This document shows, piece after piece, positions 48,401 to 63,400 of a stretch of DNA of 64,000 nucleotides. The DNA is from Asterias rubens (taxonomy: Eukaryota). Location: assembly GCF_902459465.1 (NCBI RefSeq), contig NC_047068.1, positions 19,778,001 through 19,842,000 of the forward strand. Reading direction: 5' to 3'. The notes below the pieces were generated by a model that was not told where the DNA came from, did not search any database, and was given only the letters and a program-made list of their open reading frames with translations. Both the position numbers and the translations under genes were made by a program. How positions within the stretch are numbered: position 1 is the stretch's first letter; each line of letters starts with the position of its first letter.

Positions 48401-51400
48401 AAGTTTCAATTAATTTTCCCCTCAAGTCAAATCAAGTCACAAGTCAGTGAAATTGGCAACTCAAGTCTGACTCGAGTCCAGTCAACAACACTGCTCATCA
48501 GTGAACTCTGTGATATTTCTCTACTATTTCCAACTCTCTTATAGCTTTATTGAAAACCATCCACATACTCCATTATGTGAAGAACATCGCAAAGCGAGTT
48601 CTCTCCCCAGGTACACGGCCCGTCCAACTCCTTCCGGCCGCGCCTCAAGCCTTCAGCCTTAGGTGAGCTAGTCCCCAGTATACTAAAACATTCCAGTTCA
48701 TTTAATCGAACGTAGGCCCTACACAAATATAAGTCTCACGATTATAAAACTTCACCTTGAAAAAACAAAGCGTCTTTTCAAAGGTTGGTTTTATGAGGTA
48801 TACTTGGAAAACCAACGAATGATAGCATGACCTCTTCCATTGACTTAATATCAAGCTTCAAAACGATGTGACGCCTATACTAATTTGAAGTGAAGCCTAA
48901 TGCTTTCCACTTAAAATCCCCTTTAAACCCTGTCTCCCCATAGATAACTGCATTTTGATGAGATAAATTATTCAGATCCAGTGCGATCGAACGTGGGAAA
49001 CGTGCCTGGATCATTCCGAATCTAAAAGTAACATTATCGCTAAAGTCGCCAACTTGAAACAGATTGGAAACCCAATGCGGGTAGCGAGGACGAACCATAC
49101 AGGTAACAGTGGCAGCTGGGGAAAAGAATAATTCAAATATTCATGTCATGAATGTTTTTAGTCAATACTGATCTGTGGACTATAGGCTCCCCTGAGTGCA
49201 TGGAATTCTAACATTAGACGGGAAATCACAGAGGCTCAAACCAAAAAATGTGGTGAGATCTCGGACATGTTCAGGATCAACACTCTAAATACTCCTGGGT
49301 CAAAATTGACCCGGAGTCAGAGTCACAGGGACCTTTTTGGTCAGGCTGACCCCCAACAAAATTGCAAATGGAATTTCAATTCCAATGTGCGTCATCCGGA
49401 TCAGACATCTCTGACCCAGAAATAGGACCCGAATACGGGTCAACCTAGACTTGACTCAAGTCTCTATCCCGTGCGATCGCCAGAAAACTAGTGTTTTCGT
49501 GATGCTCTGCATTCCCCAACCTGTTCCGAACATTTTGACGGCGAGCGCACATTGCCATAGTAGAGACCTCCCACACGAGAACGGGACTTGAATCAAGTCT
49601 AGGGTCAACCCTGACCCAGATGTTCTTCGCGTGTAATAATGTTTGTTCAACACCGAGCTGAGTTGTTGCTTATAACTGTTGCAGCAGAATGCGCTGCGGT
49701 TATCAATAAAGCACCTCAGACCTATACATTCCAAATGCGTAACTAAACGCGCATCAAAATACTTCTATCTTGAGCTTCAGTTTGTTCTGCAAAATACCTT
49801 TCATATCGACACCAAATTGGTGATAACGTACTACCGAGTGGGTGCGGCCCTTTGTCAAAAATTATTACTGCATTGAGTAAATTAGCATCATTCACAGAAC
49901 ATACCGTTTCGCAATTTGTGAATGTCATTGTGTACTTATTTGTTTGTGTCTCATCAAAGGCTACGTTGACATCAGCAAAAAGAAAATCACACGTATCTAT
50001 AAAATAAAAATTATGTTGAATTTAGACCCCGTACATTGGCCGCCATCTTTGATGAAATGTGCACGCGTGAAAGACTATCATTGGCTGAGAGTAGTGCGCA
50101 GTGCACGGTGCACTTTTCAATGTAGTAAAGATGGCGGCCGATGACTTAATGTTTAATCCATTTATACCTAATCTGGCCATGGGAAATACACCCGAACTGT
50201 GCTTGAAATGAATGTCAATGAATCCGGATGGGGCAAGAACGTACAGGGTGATGCGGTTTCACACATGTTCCGACCGTCACACCTATGTCCCAACACCCCA
50301 GAGTATTTTTCCTAATCCTAACCCTGACCCCATATATTCACGTTGTCTGAACATTGGGGAGTCGGAATATAGGGGCGTCGGAATATAGGGGCGTCGGAAT
50401 TTAGAGCAGTCACTGTGAGATACATTATGCAGGCGATCATATTGCACCGACACACCTGCGCTATGAAATTTCCTTTAAAGAGCGAGACCTGCAAAGTTGC
50501 AGGTAAGCACATGCAAATATTGCTTTGCCGAAACAGCTTACCAGCCAAAATGTCATAATAGTTTAACCTGTTTGACAATTGCCCCGTTACTTTTATGCCT
50601 AGCACAGAAATTGGCTAAGCAACATTTCTGCTTTAAAAAGGCTTCAAAAACTTGAGTCCGGAGAACCAACATCAAAAGTTATAGACAATAATATTGCTTG
50701 TTGCATCATAACAGACTAACCTGCCCGAAATTATGAAAAGTTTTGCGCTGCATGCAAGTCATGCGAAATAACATTTGTTTATTGCGGTTTGTTTAATTGA
50801 AAACAAAATGCCATAAATTCATTTGTGGGTGTGCAATTGAATATTTTTCTTAAAACTGCACTTAGCCTATCATAATATCGTGTATAATAACTATAGATGC
50901 ACCTCCGAATGGTGTAAGTTTTTTTTTAAATCCACGGCATAACATTGTGAATGAACGTATAATTATGCCTGTATGAATGTTGTGTCATTCATAATCTCAC
51001 GTACAGAATCCATTCAATTACAAGGGTTTTACAAAGGGCACACCTTAATAAAGGTTTACTCATTCCATTATGCGGGCAAAAATGTACTGCATCGAAGCAT
51101 CTGAAAATATCACATCAAATAAATCCACACTGAACATTATTGTTTGGCTACATTACAATGCCATTCCACACCTTCGTCTGTACGACGACATTATTTATTT
51201 ATTTTTTTAATCAAAGTGTAATCCGTCAAATTATAACAAATCGATAGACTGTGAAGTGATAACATTGTATTCGTATACAACCACGAATCCACCTCGTCCA
51301 CGTTCGCTTTATGTTATGTTGAAAACATCGTTCTCATGTTTTATTTCATACACGTTACAAGGTGCCAGTCGGGGGTGACTGTTGGGAGTGGAGGCACCAC

Positions 51401-54400
51401 AGAGATCAAGAGGTTTTTACGTGTTGCGGGAAAACTATAGGGGAACACATTATGTCACTTATGAACACTAACTAATTGGACAAAAATAATTTCAACAACA
51501 AGAACGATAGGTGTAGTGATTGCATTTTATATCCAGTTTTTAGTTGGTTTGGGCTGTAGTTCAATCATAGTGGCTTCTTATGTAGAGCTCACATCAGTCA
51601 CTCATCAGTGACGCTCCAACATTCAGTATTTTCCTGCAAGGTTTGTGGGACTACGTTTGAATTACGAGACCTACTCCTTTGATATAGTACCACGTAATGG
51701 TTTACAAGGTGCTATGGCGCAATATGCAGCCAATCATAACTGGGGTCACAAAGACTAGTCCTAACCTATGGAGGTATTAAAAACGCAAGGCTGGCCCTCA
51801 GTTTTAGGACGAGTGAACTTGTCATAACCCGAGTTAATCTAGTCTTAAATCTTTGTGAAATCCACCCTGGAACACAGGGCGGGGCGAACCCCTTCTTTTT
51901 TCGATAAATGCATTGGGTCCTTTACGTGCGTTACACAACACACGGGAGTCGGGACCAACACACCGGTGTGGCGGTTTCAGTCTTCCGCCGTGTTCAATTT
52001 TCCGGGTGACGTAGTCGGACATATCAGCACTGTCGAACAGTTTTAGCTTTCCGGCGTGTTCGGTTTTCCGGGTGACCTGTCAGATACCGCCGCGAGTACC
52101 CTGGCGAGTACTGTAGCTCTCTCAGCAGTGACCCCAAATTGTTTATATTACGATTCTTTTTCTGTGTAGTCACATAACCTCTTGCCCCATCTTTACGTGT
52201 ATTTACATGGGTACAACTTTAGGTAGGTCACACTCTGCTTGCATAAAAAACAACTCATACGATCCACGCGTTTGCCGCTAGTTGTGCTCGATACGTGGAC
52301 GCCGCCATGACAGCTACCGGCGGGTGACGGATGACTCAATACGGCACTAAAAATGGACTGCTTTCGCTTGCTGTGCGCAGGCATCGCATGACGCAATGCT
52401 ACCATATTTGGTCATTCGAAAAACTGAACACAGCGGAAAGTTGAAACCGCCACACCGGGTCTCCGACTCACCAGTTTGATATGTAAACTCAAAGTATAGA
52501 ATCACTTGACTAATGACTTAGATGCGGAATACTTGTCAATATGCAGCCATTTGTTTTTCTGCAAACCGTGACTGTTGTGAGGTTAGAGCATTGACCCCAC
52601 ACTGTTTTAAAACACGTCCGCGTTATAATTGCTTTAGCTGCACCTGCCTGAGCAACACATTCGTTCCCAATTATAAGCTAATGACGTGACTAATAAAAAG
52701 TAATTTGTAATAACGATTAACTCATTCATGAACAAAGCACATATCATTTTCCAAGTATTTCTTAAATGACAAACAAATATAGATTCGTAATAACGAATCA
52801 AATTTACGGTACAACTTTGAAGTACAGTAGTTTGTAACGTAGAGTTACTTATTCGTCAAGAATAAATAATTATTTCTCATTAGAAATTGGTAGCGAGCAT
52901 TACCAATAGTAATATAGTATGGTATAACTCATAAAGGAATACAACGCGAACTTCTTGGACGAATTGGGTATCCGTATAAAACGGGCATCCGTAACGGGCA
53001 TCCGTAACGGGCATTGATCAACTGTGAAGAACCATTGATGGACTGTTGTAGCAACTCAATGGCAACTCCATGCCAAATGGCGGGTTAACGCCCACTGCCC
53101 CAACCCTACACCACCAATCCAATGAATAAAATAAGCAATACAACCCCCGAAAAATATATTTGGAAGACGATATCTTACTTTAGAAAGTCATCATCCAGAG
53201 GTTAATCATTTAATGATGTCGACACTTTGAGTTTTTATTGATCTTGCAGTAAATTATCTAAGGATCTCAAGAAGTTGAAATGGCACTTCTAGAGCACCGT
53301 ACATACCTCGTTTGAGAATCTTGAGTAGAAGACCACAGCAGAGTCATCGCATCCCTGCTTAGAGAACCAATTCAGTCTGGTCGCCTTGGCGAAGTCTCCA
53401 GCTATAACATTTATAGGTTGGAAATCCCTCCTGGTGGACAAATTAAAAAGGGATATCAAAACCAAGTACCGTAATTGAATTGGTTGAAATCATAAATGTT
53501 TAAGGCACTGGACACCTTTGGTAATTGTCAAAGACTCGTATTCTCATTTGGTGTATCCCAACATGCATAAATTAACAAATCTGTGAAAACTTGAACTCAA
53601 TTGATTAACAATTTTGCTAGAGAATAATGAACTAAAAATCATCCAATGGTTGCACAAATTTGTGTGCTTTCAGACTAACAAAATATAAAACTCTTTTAAT
53701 ATTGAGTGAGAGATTACCGCTTTCTCCTCAATGACTAGGTTTACTTTAAAGGGGCCGTTTCTCACAATGTTTTATAATATCAACAGCTCTCCATTGCTCG
53801 TTACCAAGTAAGTTGTTATGCTAACATTGAGTAACTACCAATAGTGCCCAGTGCCTTTAAATGCCGTTTAATGGTTTTGCGCACTTCTTCAATTGGTTAG
53901 ATATTATTAGTTGAGTTTACTTAGTGTCAAGGTAAACACGCAGTCAGGAATAGGACCTCCCATCATTGATTAATAAACTCGGGAATTTCACCCTGGGCAG
54001 AGAATATATATAGAGAAACAGTCAAGGTGATTGGGTGGCAAGACACGTTTCAATCTAGATCTCGATGTGAGACTTTAAAGGTACAGGGGTGGATTTCACA
54101 AAGATTTAAGACTAGTCTTATCTCGGGTAAGACGAGCCTAAGTTTACCAGCCTTAAGTTTTCCATAGGTGGATTTCACAAAGATTTAAGACTAGTCTTAT
54201 CTCACATCCCAGGTAGGACGAGCCTAACTTGACGAGCCTAACTTTACCAGCCTTAAGTTTTCAATGTCTGCTATGGGAATATTCCTTATATAAGTTAGGA
54301 CTAGTCCTAAGTTCTTTGTGAAATCGACCCCCTGGAAACTATTTGTTATTACTACACTATTAATAATTAGCATACAAACGTGGTAACGAGCAACAGAGAG

Positions 54401-57400
54401 CTGTTGGTACAGTATAATAACATTGTGAGAAACGACTCCTCCTGAAGAAATGTAGTTTTTGAGAAAGAGGTAATTTTATAAAAATATTTGAATCTGAGAA
54501 AGAGTTTTGGCCTGCAGCCTTTGATAAATGAATCTGAAAACACACACATTAATTGTGCAACAATGGTGTTTTTTTGTCACCATTCTTTTGCAACTTCGAT
54601 ACCTATGAAGCACAAACTTTCAAAGATGTATTAATTTATGTATATGTTGGATACACCGAGTGAGAATACTGGTCTTTGACAATTACTAAACGTGTCCACT
54701 GTCAACAGTAGCCATTCTGTTTTTTTGATCTTCTTCTTTTCCTTCATTGTAATCAGTGACCAAAGTGGTTAAAAAAACAAAAAACGGTCTTAAACCAATA
54801 AATGACCGTTGCTTGAACCGTGTTAAAATGACATGTATAAGGATATTGTAACGGCCCCATGAAATATTGGAGCTGTAATTGAAAACGAACATGGATTTAA
54901 TACGTGAACAATATACACGCTGGCAGGGAGACTTCGTTACTGAGGTGACACCTCGAAATTGACACAGAAGGTGCATTGGTTTTCAAATGGCATGAGGTTG
55001 GAAGATCCGGATAATTAATTAGATCATGAATGAGCGAGTTGTTGTAGGACTAACCGACTAACGTTCTATATAAGGGGACATTTGAATAGCTGTATTGACA
55101 GGTTACGTCTCGAGTTTTTCCGGTGTTTGAGTGTATGATGGAAATGTACTCTTACTTATTCGGCTCCATTCTCTTCGTGGAAATGGACTCTTTACTTATT
55201 CGGCACCATTCCCTCCGTATAAATTGACTCTTTACGTATTCGGCACCATTCCCTTCAGTGTATCGCTCCCCAGGTCATGGTCTGACCCTGGAACTGTCCG
55301 GCGCGGTGATTGAAATCCACTCCCAACACGTGTGGCACGTGCCAGCTGATGAACCTTATAGGCCCCAGTTGCCTAATGACGTTCACATGTCATGTGCCAG
55401 AGTTCAATTTCACACAGCTGAGCTGTATGAAAGCATGGGAAAGTAGCTGAGCATAACAACATTATGCTTACCAGAATAAGGTTACCAGCTAAGCTGTATA
55501 CCATGTCGCATGTTCACTGTAGAAGCCATCAATCTGGACTTGATCTGTGTAAGACTGGTCCCCTGTATTTATCCGCAAGGATAAAGACAGGTAGGCCCTA
55601 CTTGTTTTTCAGAACCAGTGATTTCATTTGATACAATGGTTTCATTGGATATGTTTTTGGATTGGACCGAGTTGACGTTTGACGGCTGCACGTTTGGTCG
55701 CCTGTATTATGAATGTAGTTGTAAAGTGATTATGGACGGGAATTGACCTAGACTTGTGGCCACTCTCTCTGGCGTAATTCACGAGCCTTAAAGTGTGACG
55801 TCAGATGTCCAGGCTAGGTCTGTGTATATACATGTGTACACGAAAAGCTGTCTACTCTATGATTAAGGTGTGCAATTCAAATGCACCTGCATGGTGTATG
55901 TTGCCTCTGATATGATATTATTATGTGTCATCGCTTGACAAATCAAGAGCAACATTCCTGGGAGAGTGCGAAGATAGTGTGAAAGGAGGACAGGCGTGTC
56001 CATGTCTAATGCACTATACCTTCATGAAGAGTGTTGCGTGTCAAAATAGCCGTCTGGTAGGAAGCAAAGTAGTGGCAAGACACAGCCACTCATCGCGAAA
56101 ACATCTGCGACCCTTTCTTTCCATAAGTTGGATAACAACAGGAAATATTTACAATTTACGTCAACTCGACACGTCTTATTTATGAACAAGACACACGATT
56201 AGCTCGGAATGTCCGTCTTGTGCATGTACAGCTGGATTAAGACATCCTCTGCGGGTTTGAATCCCCGTCACAGCAGTTTACCTGCGAGGTTTTGTGAACG
56301 TGCGTCAATTTTTCCCAAGAGGTTGAGATAAATCAAGAAAAGGCATATGTCCGGGGATCGTGGGTATGAGTTAAAGTGTGTGGGTTTTCATTGGAGACAA
56401 AAACCCTCAAAATTCATTTTTGGCAAAACAACTGTTTGTACAAAAACACTTCAAAAACTTGGGTGCTAAAATTGACACAATGGGTGTTGTCACATTATAT
56501 AGATAATCAAAACTTACACCAAACTAACAGAAACACTTCTTTCTGCAAACAACAAAAAATCAATTAACATTGGTGTTATTTTCACACACACACGCGTTGT
56601 TATATGTGACATCACCCATTGTGTCAATTTTAACACCACAGTTTGTGCACTGTAGGCCTTCTCGTCTTTAGTTCATTATTCAGAGCACAGATCAAGGAGT
56701 TCAGAGCGAACAAATTTCATTGCAATATGTTCATAATGTTACTTGGATGTTTGCGCAAATAAAACACATTTTCATGCACATAGGCCTATACTTTTTCTGC
56801 TTCATTGTTATAAATGCACGTCTTGAGGCATAACAGTCCAATGCGGATTATGAGGATACGTTTCCTCGTACTCTTCAAACGAATTGGGAATAATCATAAT
56901 CCTGTAAAAACTGTTTAGATCGGGCGGGATTTTTTTATGGATTTATCGACTGCGCGCTCATGATGAGAAAAACTGCTTCGACTTCGCAATGAAGAATGAC
57001 CAGGCAAGCAGATAATCTGTAGTCATTTTGCGTGTAGATACAGCAGTGCGGAAACTACATTATTTTTGTTTGCTACGACAGCGAGTGTGGTGTGAGAGGC
57101 ACTCATGCCCCGTTGCGGCAGACACCTTAAAGGCGGGGACGCAAATAGCAACTTGGCGTGTCCCATGTGATACGGCCCCGGCTTAGTAGCACCATTCTGT
57201 TGGGCGATGGGACCTAAGTAACTTAGCAACGAGGGTGGGAGAACTAACTGAGAAGGAATACTGAGGTAAAAGCGTGTCACTGACGTAACTACGTACGCCA
57301 TCTTGACCGTCTTACGGTTGCATCCCCATTAAATGTGGAGGAAACAGCGGCGTCAAACTCATTATTTTGTTTGTATGCCCTCAAAATATTCTATAAATAA

Positions 57401-60400
57401 GACAGATTTGAGAACCCAAGAAAAGGGACACAGTGTTAATATTTTTCAAATTGTGACTTGGCCTGAGGGTTGTTGACTTCTAACTTGAGGTGTTTTGGAT
57501 GACATAGGCCCTAAAATATAAGTGGTTCTATTTGGTGGGAGGTGTGGCCTCGGGTTATCTTTCAAGACTGATGCTCAGACGTTTAGAAAATTACAAAATT
57601 ACACTGCGACTCCCCATAATGATTTGAGCAGACGATTACAGATACAGTTCAAGAGACAGTTATATAATTTCCCCTTTACTGTAAAAAGCTGTGAGACTTC
57701 TAAGTATTTTACGTGTATTTTTGAATATTCAACATTTTGCACTCTATGCTATGGGAGTTAATTTAGTATGGGATGCACCCCCTTTAAATACGGCCACCAT
57801 CTCGAACCCGGTTGAAAAACCAAGATGGCAACAACACAATGTACAGAACGCGTGCGCGAGAAGTCAAGTGAGGAGTCAAGTGCGCACATGTTGATCACAA
57901 TCCTCCAAGCATAGCTTAACAAACTTCGTGATAAAACACTGCACTGACCACACACACACTCGAACACTGTTTATAACCACCGGCTATGCTGGCACCGTCC
58001 GTGTGTTTTTCCTTCGCCAAACATTGATCATAATAAGACTTGATGAGAACTCAACAACTTGAGGGAAAAAACCTTCATCTAAGGTCCAGACTAATTTATT
58101 TCGGATATTATATCAGAGTCGAATGAGTGTTTAAAGGCACTGGACCTAAGGCCGATACTCTCACTTGGTGTATCTCAACAGATGCATAAAATAACAAATC
58201 TGTAAAAAATTTGACTCAATTGGTCATCGAAGTTGCAAGAGAAGCATGAAAAAATTGGTTAAAGGCAGTGGACACTATTGGTAATCACTCAAAATAATTA
58301 TTAGCATAAAACCTTTCTTGGTGACAAGTAATGGGGAGAGGTTGGTGGTATAAAACATTGTGAGAAACAGCTCCCTCTGAAGTGCCATAGTTTTGGAAAA
58401 AGAAGTAACTTTCCACGAATTTGATTTCGAGACCTCAAGTTTAGAACTTGATGTCTCGAAATCAACCATCTAAACGCACACAACTTCGTGTGACAAGGGC
58501 GTTTTCTTCTTTCATTATTATCTCGCAACTTTGATGACCGATTGAGCTCAAATGTTCACAGGTTTGTTATTTTATGCATATGTTGAGATACACCAACTGT
58601 GAAGGCTAGACTTTGACAATTATAGTGTCCACTGCCTTTAAATGATGCAGAATCTTGTTGAACCTTAGCCCCGATGGTCAAAACCCATGGTACCCGGTAT
58701 CAAATCGAGTCTGTAGATTGTAGAAAGTTTGCAATTAAGTTTTTTTTGAGCAATTATTTTAACAAAAATTAATCGTAACCTCTTACCCTTCGTAATTTTC
58801 AAAGCTCATTCTATCCACCACGGCTACACCGATCAGATACCCAGATGGGATGACGTCACCACCTGGGCAACTATCCACCTTGCAGTCACAGGGCGATTGG
58901 TAGAAAATACTTTTGAGGAAGTTGTCCAAGAGAATGGCTGCAGAAAAGAAGAAAAATATGAACAAAGCAAAAGGTAAGTTAACTACAGGAGATACATGGG
59001 GAAACAAGGAACAATACAAATTATTATGCCTATGAATAGATGATTTCACATGACGTCATTAAAAACAATGGAAACACACTGGAAAAGTTAAAGATATGAA
59101 CAAAGCAAACGTAAATTAACTACAGGATTGTTTGTGGAAACATGGAACAATACAAATAGATGGGTTGCACATGACGTCAATGGCCGCCATCTTTGATGTA
59201 ACACAATGGAAAATGAAAGATATGGACAAAGCAAAACGTAAATTAACTACAGGATTGTTTTTGGAAAAAATGGAACGAAACAGTAGATGGATTTCACAGG
59301 ACGTCATTGGCTGGCATCTTTGATGTAACAAAATGGAAAAGTGAAAGACATGAACAAACAACGGTAAATTAGCTACAGGGTTGTTTAGGGAAAACATGAC
59401 GTAATTGACCGCCATCTTCTCAACCATTGACTCTCAGCTATTGTTAAACTTTCGTGTATGTTCCATCAAAGATGGCGGCCGGTGCAAGGGGGTAAATGGT
59501 TATATGCAGCATTGTGAAGGAGGCCTACATGGTCGCAGATGGTCGGAAACTCACACGGCTCGTGAAGACAAACATACGGTTTACGGATAATTAATTGCTA
59601 TGCATATAGGTCATTAAAGGCAAAGCATACCTTCGTTCTTTTATTAAATCGTTCGATTGTTGTATTCATATAAAAATGTAGATATATACAATGCCTAACA
59701 TGTGAACATTATTAATGTCTTATATAGCGCACGTTTCCACCAAACAAGGTACTCAAGGCGCTGAGTATAATATACAAACTTTCAGAAATGTATATAGCAC
59801 CGTGTAGGGGTTTACAAGGTGCTACGGCGCAGACAGCAGCCACGACCAGGAAACACCGGGGCGAACCCCTTCTCTTTTCAATAAGCGCACTGGGTTATTT
59901 TACATTCGTTACACAACACATGGGACCAACGGCTTAACGTCCCATCCGAAGGACGAAGCAATGGTTAAGAGTGTCTTTCTTAAGGACACAAGTGTCACGG
60001 TTGGGGATTCGAACCCCCACTCTGCTGATCAGCGTTTTTGAGATATCGCCGAAAATACGGAGCGAATATATCCACGCAGGAAGAATACTTCCTAATATAA
60101 GAGTACACACATTGAGAAGCGTTCTGCAGTAACGCTTCTCAACTTCAAATGTTAGGGCATTACACAACCTCACTACTTACGAAGTGGAATGCTTCGCAAA
60201 ATGATTTATACTATCGAAAGTTTCTCACAATTTGTTATATCAACAGCATCCAGTTGCTGGTTACCAAGTTTAATGCTAAAAAATAATTTGTGAGTAAATA
60301 CCAACAGTGTCCTATGCCTTTAAGGCAACTTTAAAAATCTGGGACCATTGATGGGCTTTCCCACGTGAAGCAGCTCCCGTAGCATCTGTCTCCACCCACA

Positions 60401-63400
60401 ACCAAATATGACACTTCTACTTAACCAGCGCACAGTGAAATAATAGGTCAAGTTGTAATTGAATAGCGATTAGAAAGATAATTTGTTTGTTTGTTGTTCT
60501 GATCCGTCCACGCAGCTGACACGGACCGAGACAATTAGCTTAGATCTGCCTCGTCAAACCACAGAGCAATGCAGACAGTTAGCCCAATCGACAAGTCTTT
60601 ATTTAGAGTTGGAAGTTTTCTGGGAAAAAACATGTCTATATACTTTTAATTTAAACGATCTGTATACGTTCGGTATGCCCCTAAATTAATGGGAATCAAA
60701 ACTTACTTAGCTTTGTGTACGTAAATATAATGTCGAAAACTGTTCACGTCAAAAAACTGCGGTTATATGAAAAACGGTATCACTTATTATCCCCCAAAAT
60801 TTGAATCTGAAAAACGTTACTGGCAGTAGCGCTTCTCCGATTATATATTCCAATTGCATATTATTCTTCCCGATGCACGGACAGAACCTCTCCGGATTTT
60901 CAGTAATATCTTAAACGCTATTTTTCTCCACTTTCACCGCATTTTAACGTAACTAATTCACTGGATGAGCGGAGAGGGTTTATACCGGTAACATTTATTT
61001 CAAAACGGCCAGCTCAACAATTAAAACGAAACAATATGTATACCAATCAATTTTTACGTTTAAGCGACTGATAAAAAAAATACACATGTGGGCGTTGACA
61101 AGAACAAGATTTGTTGTATGAACAGCTTTTAGGATCTTCTCTTCTGAGTTGTTATTCCAAGGCTCATGAGCTGAATATTTGTCGTTGTACACATTCAATG
61201 GCTCTCGCTCAGTCCAAAGGGCGAACAGTATACACTGTCGTAGTGTTCAGCGACGCATTTCAAATAAATTATTTTGCATAGGAAAATAATTGGTTTTCCG
61301 TTCTTTCATTACGGTACCCTACCCACCAACCCCTGTCATCAACCAAAGAAAAAAAAGAGAGAATGCAAATAATAAAAAGGAAAGGTTATTTGCCAAAGTT
61401 AATCTGCAACAACAGACTCATTTGATGTTAGCCTAACGAACTTTTGCTGGAATATTGTGTATACCTTTTCAAAAATAAAGTTTTACAATAATCATGTCAG
61501 TGGCACTTCATTGTGAAGCCATTTTGAGGTATGGTGGACACTATATCACTATCAGGTTTGGGTAAATTTGTCTGTGTATATACCCAAGCACTCATATTAT
61601 AGTTTCCACTAATTTATTATCTCAAAAAGGCTATAATGGAATGGGTAGAAGTGGCAAGATAATTTGTGACACCGAGACGAATTTCTGAAACTAAGAGGTC
61701 AACTTATCATTTCACTCTACAAACTTCCTGGTCGGAATTTACCCCTGGTCACTGACCAATTTCTGGTCAGGCTGACCAGGAAACTGGTATTTAAAAAGGG
61801 ATGTTGACCTGGATTCTCTTCCAGAAATTAAATGGGTCAGGCCCCGTTTTTAGTTTGTATTAGGCAAGTTGTCTTATCGGTCGACATAAAGAGAGTCGTC
61901 TTGATGAGATATTGGCCTTTCTTGAAATCCAGTTCGGCACTCCATCAGCACAATAATTTGTAGTATTTTGAGGGAGAAATACATTCACAATTTACTCAAT
62001 AACAGGTGTTGTACTTGTTGTAGTTGTTTATGTTGTTTATTTGTCTTTTGTAGTGATGTTGTTTTGTTTGGTTTTGTAGGCTGTTCATTGACATGCCCAG
62101 CTGTTTGGAACGCGCCTCCACATTCATTATAATTATTGACTGTATATATATATATAGGCTACTGTTTTGATGGGGATATTTGGAAAATAATTAACGTTGC
62201 TTTGAATTGAACAATGCCGGATCAGACATTCAGGCACACAATAGGTCCACTGGTGGGGCAGACAGGGGAAATTGGTGGGGGAATGTGCCTTTGATGTTTA
62301 CAAGCATGGAATTTGGAACACCATCAGACTATGTCACGAACAATATGGCTAGCGGGCCATTGCATTATGAGCATTTTTGTAAAAGCAAATTTTATGCAAT
62401 GAATGGCCCTATAGCCAAATATCTTTCTCATGACATACTCTAACTGTAGTTCCAAATTCCATGCTTGTATCATCAAAGGTACAATCTCATACACGTATAA
62501 TGAACAATTATTTACCACGCCTTGGCTCCATTTATATTACCAAATCGCTAGTGTCAGTGAATTTAAAAAGAGATGCGAGCATTAAATGGTTTAATACGCG
62601 ATGGTGTTGCTATGATTGCAGTGCTGTCCATGTTTCACACTGTTGAAGTGTTAACAGACGTAGCATTTGCAAATAGCGGTAATAAAATAACCACCAGATT
62701 AGTGCGGATTACGTCGTTTATTACTATCACGAAGTACTTGTTTGTTTGACAAAGGAGGCAATTGACATGACAGTGTTATTGTAGATGATGTTTAACTGTT
62801 TACAGTTAGAGATAAAGGGCCCTTGTGGGAAAACTGTCAATTATACTTTAGTAGTTTGTTTTAGCTCTACAACACTGAGCATCAAACAAACAGTTGAGCA
62901 AATTTGAGCTGCGCCCCGTTCACATAATTATTTTGAGCATATTTTCACAAGATAATAAGAAGGACTAAAAAATAATCATATTTTGAACATGAAACCATGG
63001 AAGAAGAAAAAAAAATCTTTAACAAAATGACTGTGGCACGTATTCTGTTAAACCAAGCCATTACAAAAAAACTGTGTTTAAACTTGACTAGTGGTAGATT
63101 GATCTTACACTGAAGATTAGTATTCAGTTGTTGCTATATGCCTACAACACAACACAATACTCATCAACACAATTGTGTTTTGTTGTGTTGAGGAGATGAG
63201 ACCTCAAAATTTACAATTTGGCAGGCATGTACAAAATGGATGGCATTTGGGTATTTTTTAGGGAGCACATCATTACACTTGCTCTGTTGTTTGGGGCATT
63301 TTGTTACAAAATTATATCGAAGAATATTTCTTGGTTAATGACTGATAGTCGTTTTTACCTTTACGAAATGTCATTCATGAACAATACTGTATACCCTCAA

